Source: Eledone cirrhosa (taxonomy: Eukaryota). From it: a stretch of 64,000 bases of DNA. The DNA lies in the NCBI GenBank assembly GCA_964016885.1, contig OZ024740.1, positions 311,860,001 through 311,924,000 of the forward strand. Direction: 5' to 3'. Below are positions 15,311 through 28,459 of this stretch, in pieces. The notes below the pieces were generated by a model that saw only the letters and a program-made list of their open reading frames with translations, was not told where the DNA came from and searched no databases. Position 1 is the stretch's first letter. Each line of letters starts with the position of its first letter. Position numbers and translations under genes: made by a program.

Positions 15311-15740
15311 TATTAAGAAGTGCGCTGACAGCCGAAGTGTACGATAAAGTTATATCTACATACATAGAGAGTGTGTAACCGTGACTGCACCAATGTGTGT
15401 ATAAATATACACATATTTAGTATGCATGAGGGAGTGGTAGCGGTGCCGTATTGACGTATGGCGATTCTAGATCCTTTAAAAAAAACCCTGACAAAGCCTA
15501 TCTCTTCTCCAGGTCTGAATATAGCAGAGTTCTTACAGAGGAGAGAGAGTGAGAGAGAAAGAGAGAAAGAGAGAGGAAGAATTGAGCCTTACTAGACTGG
15601 TACTGTTTTTTTGACCTCAAATAGATAAAAGGCAAAGTTGACCTCGGTGGGATTTGAACTCAGAGAGCAAAGAAACGAATATCGCAAAGCATTCTAATGA
15701 CATAGCTAATTCGTCGGCTCATATACGTTTAATATATAGA

Positions 15741-18285
15741 TTTCTTTATTTACCATAAAGGCATAAAAAGAAGGGACAAATACAAAGGGGGAGTTTACAT
15801 ATAATCGAGTAAAAAGGGTGTAACATGAAAATAATCGAAAATAACCTCAAAAGGGAGGGGACGTGATGGGGGTTGCACACACCCCCGAAAAAGTGTGCAA
15901 TCCTTTGCCCGGGGAGCACATGGAGAAGGTGCTCCCCTCTCCTTTACTTCTTTACCTACAGGATGGTATACAGAGAAGGCCCATTTACACGAGCCATTCT
16001 CGCCACTATCACCCACCTTTCATAAAACTGCCTGTGGCCAAGCACCTCTCTCTCCATTCTTATCCTTCTTCCGAAGTGGTATCGGAAGAAGTAGACCAGA
16101 CTATGGCCAGAGAGGAAGTTGCCTGACCTCAGACCTTTCAATCGTGTCCACCAAACAACCTCTTTCAACATGGCTATTACGCACAGAAAAACCGCCTTTG
16201 CTTCCTTTGTGAAGAGGGGAGGCGGTTTGATTGTCATCACGGACTCGGCGGTCAATTTAATCGGCGCCACCCGCGACAGCAGTTGTTCGGCGTAGCCCCA
16301 CAGATCAGCCACGCCCGGACATTGCACCAATGCGTGCGCCACGGTTTCTTCGTGACGCACGCATCTAGGGCAAATCTTTTTTGAGGGATCCCTGCCCGGG
16401 CGCCCGTGTCTGTAGAGCCTCTCTCGAACGGGTAGAGCCCCTCGGTAGCACTGCCAGGCCAGTGACTTCTGGAAGTTGTCCATTGGTCCTGGGCCGAAAG
16501 TCCTACCGAACAGGCTGGCCAGTTCGTCTTCTTCCATGTCCAGCGACTCTCCAAGGGTGTCATCGCCCCTGCTAGCCACCAGCCCTCTATAGAATGATGA
16601 GGTGGATTCTCCACCGATGGCCCGGCCCGCTTGCCAGAGAGCCCTGAGCGCCTGAGCACACTCAGTGTGCCAGTCTCCCAGTTTTCCGGATCTTTGCTTG
16701 ACCCAGGACTGTAGCTCGGTGAGTGAGACGAGTCTCGGAAAGGCTCGTTTCACGAACGGAGCCCACACCGGTTGACCAGTGAGGAATACCTGTAGGTGCC
16801 GTAGCCTTAATGCGTGCCTACGCATCATCAACCACGGCATCCCCAGCCCTCCTTTCGAAGGTTGTTGGCAGCAGATGGATCTTCTCACCATAGGAGGACG
16901 CTTCTTCCAAAGAAATTGGAAGAGCATGCGTTCCATGGTGGTGAGTGTTTCCTTAGGGCAAGGCACGACAGTCAGGCGGTAGTAAGTGACGGACGCTATG
17001 TAAATGTTCGCCACCTCCGCCCGGCCTTTTAGGGACAGCTTACACTTGGCCCATTTCTGGGTTAGTGCAAACACCTTGTTCGTAACCTCGTTCCAGTTCT
17101 TTTCCACCTGGAGGTCCGGTCCAAACCAGACCCCAAGCAACTTTACCGGGCCCTCCGTCCAGTGTCCGACGACACCGTCAGGAGGCATCGGTTTGCCTCT
17201 CCACGTTCCGAGTTGCAGCCCGATGGATTTTTCCCGGTTCAGTTTCGCTCCTGACAACCTTTCGTACTCCTCCAGTAAGGTACCGATCGCCTCGATCTCC
17301 GAGTCGGTTGATACCATTACTGTTACGTCATCGGCGTAGGCCGACACCGCTTTGCTCAATCCTGGTTCCAGGGGGATACCCTGCAACAACTCCAACTTCC
17401 TCAGTAAAGGCTCGAGAGTCAATACGTACAGAAGGGAGGAGAGAGGGCACCCCTGTCGAATGGATCGTGTGATTTCGAACGGCTTCGAAAGGTAGCCGTT
17501 CACCTTGATCCTAGAACAGATGTGGTTGCTATGTAGGGCAGTGATCCAGCCTCTGAAAACAGGACCGAACCCAGCCGCCGCTAGCACCGCATCCAGGTAA
17601 CCATGGTCGACCCTATCGAAGGCCTTAGACTGATCCAAGTTGATCAGGGCCCCACCGAAGCCGGGTTTGTTGCCAACCCTCTCTATGATGTATCGCATGA
17701 GGTGGAGGTTATCGTGAATGGACCTGGATGGGATAGCACATGTCTGCGCATCTCCCACCAGGCCACCCACGACAAGCGCCAACCTCTTTGCTAACACCTT
17801 GGCCAAAATCTTTAACTCTGTGTTTAGCAGGGTTATGGGCCGAAAATTATTTATACTATCCCCCTTGTTCTCGTCCTTCCTCACCAGCGTGACTACGCCC
17901 TTGGCTACAGAACAAGGAATTCTCCCGTTCTGCTGCCAATTGCAGTAGACCGCTTCGAGGAGTTCGGAGAAGAAGACCGGCATTGCTAAATAAAGTTCGT
18001 AAGGTATACCATCGAGACCTGGAGATTTGCGTCTGCTGCATTGGCTCAGCGCATCTCCGATCTCATCAGCCGAGATTGGTCCCTCGCAGGACTCTGCCTC
18101 TTTGTTCGAGAGACGCGGCAGGCCGTCGAGGTATGGACCGAAATCCACGCCCCGGCCCGGACCCTCGCCTCCCCCGAACAATCGGGCAAAGTGCTTTTGA
18201 AAGGCCTCGCACATCTGCTTAGGCTCCCGGATCACTCGTCCATCTTCGTCATTTTCAGACGAAACTGGGCTTTCCTCAGGTGACG
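15741..18285 (-). mobile_element. 5'-truncated Tx1/L1-clade LINE with an uninterrupted 759-aa ORF2 part (15956-18235)
   Basis: KSPGLDG, NFRPITLLNTELKILAK, LDQSKAFDRVDH, RQGCPLS, AYADD, KGGLGMP and a C-terminal CPRC...ETVAHALVQC zinc knuckle. The 3' UTR ends in AATAAAGAAA. Confidence 0.93.
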
Positions 18286-18458
18286 TGTATATATATCATC
18301 CAAACAACCACAAGGAAGCATATATTTGGTGGGTTTCTATACCCATTCGCTCTTAGTATTATTCTGAAATGGACATACTAATTTGCATATAATTAGCGAT
18401 CGTGTGGGTAATTAAATAAGATATATATTAAGAAGTACACTAGCACCCAAAGTGTATG

Positions 18459-18568
<110 letters not shown>

Positions 18569-18586
18569 CGTGTGCGCGCGTGTGTC

Positions 18587-18630
<44 letters not shown>

Positions 18631-21038
18631 TGAATAACGTGACAAGAAGCCGGAAAGTTGAGATTCCTTTAAAGTATTTATTTCTGCAGACACTATATAT
18701 ATATATTCCAATGGCCAGTAGAATTCCAGCGACATCATCAGGTTCATTGCATAACAATCATAAAATAATCATGGTAACACAAGCTGTGTACACGGAGACA
18801 AAAATAAAAAATAAAATTAGAGAAATTTGATTCAGGGGCAGCCTACGTCCGTTCGTTTAGACAGTATTGAGAGTCGTGTGAATAAAAATCCGGTTGGGAA
18901 TTCAGGTCAGATGCAATCGTTATCCCATTTTAAGAGGAACTTTTCCGAGATAAGGATTTGCTTAAAATACTGTAGGCTAAACCTTCTCACATGTAAACAA
19001 GGGAATAGTGTTTCCTCTCGTGAGTTCAAGATGTTGGTTAATAATTGTTTCTACTTTAGGCACAAGGCCAGCAATTACCCAGTGCATTACTGGTACTTTA
19101 TTTTATCAACTCCGTAAGGATGAAAGGCAAAGTCAACCTCGGCGGGATTTGAACTCAGATCGTAAAGGGACGTAACTATGCTGGAAAGCATGGCGTCCGA
19201 CGGTTAATAATGTGAAGATATTCAGTTTTCTGTTACACACAAATATATGAGAGATATTACATCTAATACCTCTCATGCTGTAGGCTCTTACTTTCTTTGA
19301 TACACTCCATTTAATGTTGGCTTTTTCTATGCCGTTGTCTTTCTCGATGAATTCTCGAATGATTAATTTTTTCATTATTAAGCATATTTTTAATTAGGTG
19401 TAACTACACATCACACCCCCACTGTGCAAAAAATCAACAGTTATTTAAATCACCTGAATTCATGTAAATTCTTGAAATCTCTATAAGCTTCCCTCCCCTC
19501 TTTGTACATCCCTCTTCCTTCTCTCTCCCTTCTTTTCTTTTCCTTTCCTTTCTTTTTCATTTCTCTCTCCTTGAATATCTCTGTATTACTGTTTCTATTT
19601 TCATCTTTATTATTATTTTTTCCTTTTGTCTTAAAATTTTTTTTTTTTATTTCAAAAACAAAATATTTTATTTTCAAAAGATAAATAAATAAGAGAAAGA
19701 AAGACAAAAGCAAGATCACGCAATTAGAAAATGGGGAAGGGGTAATGAAGGGCAGATCTGGCTGTATGGAGAAGTTATTATTGCAGCCCCCTCCTATCGC
19801 AAAAAACAAACAAACAGAATTCACTCCTAAAGCTTCCTTTCTTTTCCCCTCTTTCTCCTCCTTTTTCTACTACCATCTATCCCTTGTCCTTGTGAAACTT
19901 TCTATATATACCGCCTCTTCATCCTCTGGAAACCAGCCTTGTCTGATGACTTTATAAATGCACAGGCGAATCTCCAAATTCACAGGACTCTAGCTTGGCC
20001 TTAAAAATATATGGTGGTGCCCGAGCATGGCCTCAACCGGATGGCTGGAACATATAAAAGAATAAAAGAATAAAAGAATGCAGTGTGTAAAATATAATTT
20101 CAGTCCCCAACTTATACGAATTTTCTGTTTGAAGAGCTCTAAAGACCAGTCCCTGTTCATGAGTAAGTGACACCAGCCTTATGTTATCATCTTAATTTCA
20201 TATCTAAGAACCAGTGGCACAGCTGAGTAGTGGGGAGCTGATGAGTGCGGTCTTACACGGTTTCTTAATAAAGGCCTCATTTTAAAGATTATTAACCTTA
20301 TCTTTACATACGAAAACGTGTTCTTTACATCTATACTATGTTTATGTTGTTTTAATCTCCGATCATCATTACGTGCCTTATTCCTGTGCATACCATACTG
20401 GATTTACACTACGAATTTGGCCTAATAGATGAGAAGGTTATTGCCATTAGTTTATAAATAAATATTCGTAGTTCAAATCTAGTTTGATACTATGTACTCG
20501 CCCTAGAATAAAACACCTGGTAATGATCGGAGATCAAATATATCGTAGATTGTGGGATTAATAGTTCGAAAAATTATAATCTCTGATGGTATTGTTGTTG
20601 TTTAGCCCCTAGTTTATCTTGATCGCGAAGACCTAATGTGATCATCTCGTATTTTTTTATATAATGCACTACAGTGTTCAATGTATGTATTTATTTACGA
20701 CGGAGTGTAGGTTGTTTACTATTTGACCCCGGAAGGATGAAAAGTAAAGTCGATCTCGGTGGAATTTGAACCCGGAACGTAAAGAGGCATAAAATAAATG
20801 TTCTTTAATCTGTCGCGTTACCAATTTTGCCACCATTCTTAATAGCATAGATTTTTAAACATTGGTACAAGGCCATACATAAAGAGAAGTGTATAGACGA
20901 TCGTGTCGACCCAATGCATAGCGGATATTTTATTTTATCGACCCTGGAATGATAGAATGTAATTGTTGACTACCGTGTTCTTAATGAAAACATTTTAAGT
21001 GTAAAATTAAGTGTTCAATTCTAAAAATGTTATTGCAG

Positions 21039-21192
21039 TTCTGGTGCCGCTTGGTTCATGTGCTGACACAATATATGACAACTTGTAACTACTACTGGAT
21101 GTTCTGCGAAGGTCTCTTCATGAATGTTGTCCTTATACATACCTTCACAATCGAACGTCATCTCTTAAAAGTCTGCTGTATATTAGGATGGG
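21039..21192 (+). CDS. Class B1 GPCR, TM3-ICL2-start of TM4 exon
   Basis: ttgcag|TTC...TGG G|gtaagc, 154 nt. Encodes FWCRLVHVLTQYMTTCNYYWMFCEGLFMNVVLIHTFTIERHLLKVCCILGW (CNYxWMxCEG motif typical of calcitonin-type receptors). Confidence 0.95.
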
Positions 21193-21317
21193 GTAAGCTT
21201 TTTCGATCATTTCTGTTCACCACATAGCTTCACCCATTCAACATATTCGACCAATAAGAAATTATAGGCTTTGACTTGCTTGTTGCTTTCTTGATTAGCT
21301 TTGTGTCTTTTCTAGTA

Positions 21318-21626
21318 CAGTGAACCCCCGGCATTCGCGGTTTCGACGTCCTCGGTCCCGGTTATTCGCGGAAATTTCATTAGAACCTATTCGCGGAACC
21401 GTAAATATCTTCCGCGATTTTTTATGGCTTTTTTCGTGGCAATTTTTTTTTTTCACGCTTTTTAAGGTTAAATTATTAATAATAATATACCGTATTTGCC
21501 GGCCTATATTTTACGTTATGTTTTGACGTTTATAGGCACTTTTATGGACCAGGTCCAATATTCGCGTTTTTGAGCTCTTCGAGGATGCTGTAGGAACGTA
21601 ACTCCCGCGAACACCGGGACCAACTG
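21318..21626. mobile_element. Tc1/mariner-pogo (Tigger-like) MITE
   Basis: TA|CAGTGAACCCCCGGCATTCGCGG ... CCGCGAACACCGGGACCAACTG|TA: imperfect TIR with TA duplication. Confidence 0.8.
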
Positions 21627-22452
21627 TATCCCAAACTATTGAAATTAAAATGTTTAATTTGTTTGATTTACCAAGAAAAATTACTCTTTTTGTTTGTTTT
21701 CGAAAACAAAAATTAGCAAGATGTTTTAACATTAACTACATGTCGAAACCTTTTCATGTCTTACAACAGTTCTCCGAAAGCGAAATGCAATTGAAATATA
21801 TTTTCATATTTAGCTACATCGCAACTGTTTCTTTTAGACAATATTGACTATAAACAGTTAATGTAAACCACATACATAGAGAAATGTTTTGTTTTGTTTT
21901 CATTTGTTAGCCTTTTACTTACAATTGGAGAACGAGTAAAGTGGGATATAGTGGAGGAATAATAAAAATGAAAGAAAAGAAAATGATTGATCAAGATAAC
22001 TATGGAGCAGCATTTTTAAAAAAATGTAGCTAAAACAACGAAGGAAACGTTTGGAATTTATAACTGTGGAAATGGAGATTATTAAATCTTCACCTGCATC
22101 CTTCGTGGTTTCTTCTGGTTAGGTTGATAATTTAGTTAATCATTACGAAGATCCCACTTAAAATAAACCAAACCAAACACTTTAGAAAAATTGTCCCTTG
22201 TTATGAAATTAGGGAAAATTGTGTGATAACAGCAGACAATAGATAAGAGAAAACAGTCTTGGTCTTCCATGATTGCTATGTACTTTGGTTTTGAAAACAA
22301 TATATGGAGATATATAAAATTTTTTGATGATACCACAAATAAAATATATCATTTGTTAAAATATCCTCATTGGAATTATTTAGTTTTTAAATCAAACAAA
22401 TTACATTCGTATCGCTTTGAAAATTATGTTTTGCTCTATTTTTTCTATCTAG

Positions 22453-22516
22453 TTGTACCTGTTCTGCCAGCAATAATTTACGCTGTAGTTCGATACTTTT
22501 ACGGAGATAATTCAAG
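22453..22516 (+). CDS. Class B1 GPCR, TM4-ECL2 exon
   Basis: tatctag|TT...AG|gtaaac, 64 nt. Encodes (V)VPVLPAIIYAVVRYFYGDNS(R). Phases 1 and 2 fit both neighbours. Confidence 0.9.
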
Positions 22517-22979
22517 GTAAACTATATTTGATAATAACAAATTTTTCGTGAATGAAAGTTTCTAATCAATAACATGTGTAAAAATAAATAACTAGAAAAA
22601 AAAGAAACGATTGTCAGATCAGACGTAGAAAACAAAATTTCCATTACTGATATTACCTGCTAGCAGAAAAATGTGTATAATTTGAATTCAGATTGCACAG
22701 AGGCAAATCAAATACTACAAAGCATCCTGTCCGATTCTTTAACAATTCAATCAAACCACCGCCCCTAGACTGGTATTTTATATATCTAGCCCTAAATGAT
22801 GAAAGGCAGGTTCTGAATTACCACCGATGTCAACTTTGTTTTTCATCCTTAACTAGAAATATTTTAGCAATATTCTAGCAAATAAAATATTTCTGAAAAA
22901 TTCCTGCAATAATTCGAAAATGTTTTCATAAAAGGTTTAATGCTTAAAATGAATAAGTTTGTCATAATATGAAACCATA

Positions 22980-23610
22980 ATAATTGTTTCTACTTTTTGG
23001 CACAAGGCCAGCAATTACCCAGTGCATTACTGGTACTTTATTTTACCGACCCCGTAAGGATGAAAGGCAAAGTTAACCTCGGCGGGATTTGAACTGAGAC
23101 CGTAAAGGGACGTAACTACGCTGGAAAGCATGTCCGACTCTCTACCGATACTGCCAATTCACAATAGTTTCTGATTTAGACACAAGGCCAACCATTTTGA
23201 AGGAGGAGCAAGTCGAAGAAATCGACCCCAGTACGTTACTAGTACTTTATTTTATCAACCCTGTAGGGATGAAAGGCAAAGCTAACTTCGGCGGGATTTG
23301 AACTCAAAACCTAAAGGGCCGTAACACTATGCCACAAAGCATGTTGTTCGACACTCTACCGATACAGTCAATCCACTGCCATGAAACCACAATAATGATT
23401 TCTAGTATAGGCACAAGGCCATAATTTGGGGGGAGGGGAAAGTCAATTAAATCAACATCAGTACGTTACTGGTGCTTTATTTTATCGACCCCGTAAGGAT
23501 GAAAGGCAAAGTTAATCTCGGCGGGATTTGAACTCAGACTGTAAAGAACCGTAACTCTATACTGCAAAGCATGGTGTCCGACTCTCTACCAATACTGCCA
23601 ATCCGCTGCT
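22980..23610 (-). mobile_element. Three head-to-tail tRNA-derived SINE copies
   Basis: Three repeats of cacaaggcca...tactttatttta..gaccc.gta.ggatgaaaggcaaag.taa..tcggcgggatttgaact...ctctaccgatac. On the minus strand they carry A-box-like TGGCAGTATCGG and B-box GTTCAAATCC. Confidence 0.9.
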
Positions 23611-25193
23611 CTGAAACCACAATAATAAGAAGGTGCACGACTAATTTGAATGGATTTAAGTAAAGAGAAATTTGATAAACAAGGAATTTCAGTAATTCTG
23701 GTTTACATTTTAAACTTTAAAATAACTATTTTTATATATAATGGTTTGTATAATGGTTTAGTTGTTGATGTAACACTTTGAACCTGCCCCGGATACCAGT
23801 GTAGGCGATGTTTCATTATATCCTGATATTCCGTTGTCCGTTCTATCGTGTAATTGTATTTACTACTGCTATTTAGACAGCTTTCTCTACCAATCAGCTA
23901 TCGTTTTACATCGTTACTTTAGTGTGATATTCTATGAGGCATTTGCTATTGTCAGATATCAATATCAATGAACAAGTGACGACTTGCTCTTACGTGAGTA
24001 TTTGGCGAGCAACAAAAGTGGTGCTGAAATATTCATATTACTCAATAATTTCTAACAGTTTAACATGGAACAACTGTACTGATGTGTACAATAACAAAGC
24101 AAAGGCTATGGGGACTAAAACTACTGGTCCTCGAGTACAGATTAAGTTTGTGACACAAAACTGTACAAATAGTCATTACATTCTCTACGGGAATCCATTT
24201 GCCGTTAAAAAATACTATTTTTGTTCAAATTCTCCTTGATAAGTCAGTAATCATCATTAACGTTATTAAACCTTTGGACTTACATCATGTTAATATCCTG
24301 TTTGATGAAATGGGAGATAACTACAACTGGAAAGGCACTAGTACGATTGTTTGAATTAAGAGACAAGGTAGCAACATTTTAATGGAACATAATTTCCAAT
24401 TAAAATACCTGTTTCTACGTTAGGCACAAGGCCAGCAATTACCCAGTAACGTTTAACAGTCAGACTTGGTTATTTGACAGACATTTGTTTTTTTCGAAAA
24501 TGAAATTATTTAACATTTTATTACAAGGAAAGAGTTTTTGTAACAGTTTTTGTCGCCAATGACAAAATCTAAGTTTTCGAAAGGAAATTAGAATTTTGGA
24601 TATGTTATAACTGTTTTTAAATAAAGGAAAAGAAAGAAGCCAATCGATAGATCGGAGCAAGGAAACATTGCTTCCATTGGCCTTTCCATTACTGATATTA
24701 TCTTTTTGTTGTAATGCCTGGTAAAAAAAAAAGCAGAATTCAATTACCACGAAGCATCCCATCCAACATTCTAACATTTCCACCAAACCACCACCTTGGG
24801 CTGCTAGTTTATTGAACCAGAAAGGATGAAAAGCAAAGTTGACAACGGCGAAATTCGATCACAGCTACACACGCATTTAATCCGATACCCTAATGACTCT
24901 TCCAATTATCTTTTAAAAGTGTTAAAAATTTGCATTTTCCCCCTTCTAAGTGAATAACTTGCATATATGTTTTACTGCTATTTAGTGGTAAATAAATAAA
25001 AATAAAAAAGACAGGCTATATTCAATATATTAAGGTCTGGTTTAGGGGATGGCCTAAAAGAAATTGATCTATTACTTCACATTCAGCACTAAATATCTTG
25101 TCAGTTAGCAAAGGAAGTAGTCAACAAAATGTAATCATTGTCGGGCTGTGTAAGAAATTATATGGTCCACACATCCCTGTTCGGTTAACTCCT

Positions 25194-25241
<48 letters not shown>

Positions 25242-25256
25242 ACACACATACACACA

Positions 25257-25338
<82 letters not shown>

Positions 25339-25341
25339 AAT

Positions 25342-27588
25342 ATCATCATCATCATCATCATCATCAACGTTTAACGTCCGTGTTCCACGCTTGCATGGGT
25401 TTGGACGGGGGTAGTCCCACTTGAGGCAAGAGTGATTGTCTTGCTCGCATAGGACTGTCTGGCAGGTTTTCTACAGTTGGATGCCCTTCCTAACACCAAC
25501 CACATTTACAGTGTGGGTCTGGGAGGTTTTTACCGTGTTGCCTACACGGCCACATTACAGCGTGGACTGTGTGTTTTTTTGTCGTGACACCTACACGATC
25601 TCATTTGTTTCGGCCTCGATGGCGCGGCACCAACATAACTTTACATAGAACGGGGTGGTGTGGATGGGGTGGGGGCGGGGGTGGTGGGGCGGGGTGTATT
25701 TTGTTAGAGATGCCTACTGGCTGGAGTAGGTTTTACTATATATTTAGGTAAGGCGGGTCTTCTCTGTTACTGAGTACCGCCAAAGGTCTCGGTCCAGTGA
25801 CATTGTCTTGGAGAGGTGTAAGTGTGTGATGTCGGAGTTTATCAGCTCGTCCCAGGTTTTCCTAGGTCTGCCTATTCCGTGACTACCGTCTATCTTTATT
25901 GCCCTGCACTTTGTTATACAGCTATCGACTTTCATGCGCATCACGTGTCCATACCAACGTAGCCTTCTCTCGAGTAAACAACATCTGATCCCTCTTATCT
26001 CTAATTTTTTCCTTAGTTCGTTTATGCTTTGCTGTTCACGTATATTACTGTTACACATCCAGCGGAGCATGCAAGCTTCGTTCCTCTCTAGTCTGCGTAT
26101 ATCCTCTGCACACAATGCCCAGGTCTCACTGCCGTGCAGCATTGCTGTTCGTATGCAGGCATCGTACAACCTGCCTTTCATTTTTAGTGAGAACCCTTTA
26201 GCAGCTAATAGTGGTATAAGCTCTCTGAACTTTTTCCAACCAGTTCTGACTCTAGCTACAGTACTTTCAGAGCACCCTCCCCCACTGCTGATTTTATCGC
26301 CCAGGTAACGGAAGCTGTCCACTATTTCTATAGAACCCTCTGCGCAATTGAAAGAGCTAGTAGTTTGTGGGCACTTGCTGCTACTTATTGCACCAGAGCA
26401 CCGGCCACATGTAAAATCTATGTTCTTAGTTAGCTTACCTGTGATCCCACTACATCTTTTATGCACCCATACTTTGCATTTAGGACATAAAATGGAGTTT
26501 CTACCTACGCCTTTCCTACACACCGAGCACGACCATTTCCCAGAAGGGACCGCCGCCTTGTTTTCTTTCCTACAAACTAGTACTTTGGTCTTAGCCAGGT
26601 TAATTTTAAGTCCTTTTGACTCTAGGCCGTGCTTCCATGTTTGGAATTTCTTCTCTAGCTCGGCCATTGATTCCGCTATGAGTGTCAGGTCGTCTGCGTA
26701 TAGGAGTTCCCATGGGCAGCCTGTCTTGAACTCCTCTGTTATAGCCTGAAGGGCAATAATAAATAGTAGTGGGCTGAGAACAGAGCCCTGATGGACGCCA
26801 ACTTTTACGCTAAACTCTTCACTATATTCGTTGTTAATTCTAACCTTGCTGACTGTTTCTTTATACATGGCTTGTATAGCCCTCACAAGCCATTCGTCAA
26901 CGCCTAGTTTTCTAAGAGCCCACCAGATAATGGAGCGGGGGACTCTGTCGAAGGCTTTCTCCAAGTCGACAAAAGCTAAGTAGAGGGGTTTACCTTTAGC
27001 TAGGTACTTCTCCTGTAGTTGTCGTACTATGAAAAGAGCGTCTGTGGTACTTTTGCCTGACACAAACCCGAACTGCATTTCATCTAGGTCAATTCTCTCT
27101 CTGATTAGTTGCGCTATTACTTTTTCCGTGACCTTCATGACCTGGTCGATTAATTTAATGCCTCTATAGTTACTCCTATCTAGGGCGTCTCCTTTACCCT
27201 TATAGCAGTTAACGATGATGCTGCTATGCCAGTCCTTCGGAACAACCCCATTCTGTACGACTTGGTTAACTATGCGGGTGACCATGGTGTGTCCCACCGT
27301 GCCAGATGCCTTCAGCATCTCAGCAACTATTTCCGAAGGCCCAGCCGCCTTACCCGTCTTCATATCCTTGATTGCCTTACTTATTATACTCCCCTCGACT
27401 AACACTGCTGGTCCCTCTATTGGGTCGATATGGGGGAGACTGCCTTTCTCCCAATTATTCTCCTCATTTAGTAGCCTTTCATAGTGACACTTCCAAGCTA
27501 CCTTCTTATCAGCGTCGGTGATGGCAAGTGTGCCATCATCGTTTAGTACACACTTCTCCCCGACAATATCACGGTTATATATCACGGT

Positions 27589-27590
<2 letters not shown>
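25342..27590 (-). mobile_element. 5'-truncated RTE-type LINE; RT with an embedded PHD-like Cys/His cluster; (GAT)n tail
   Basis: [65 protein letters not shown]. The 3' end abuts (CAT)n at 25342-25365. The first roughly 290 aa of the 911-aa ORF call are only (TA)n. Confidence 0.92.
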
Positions 27591-28449
<859 letters not shown>

Positions 28450-28459
28450 ATAATAATAA

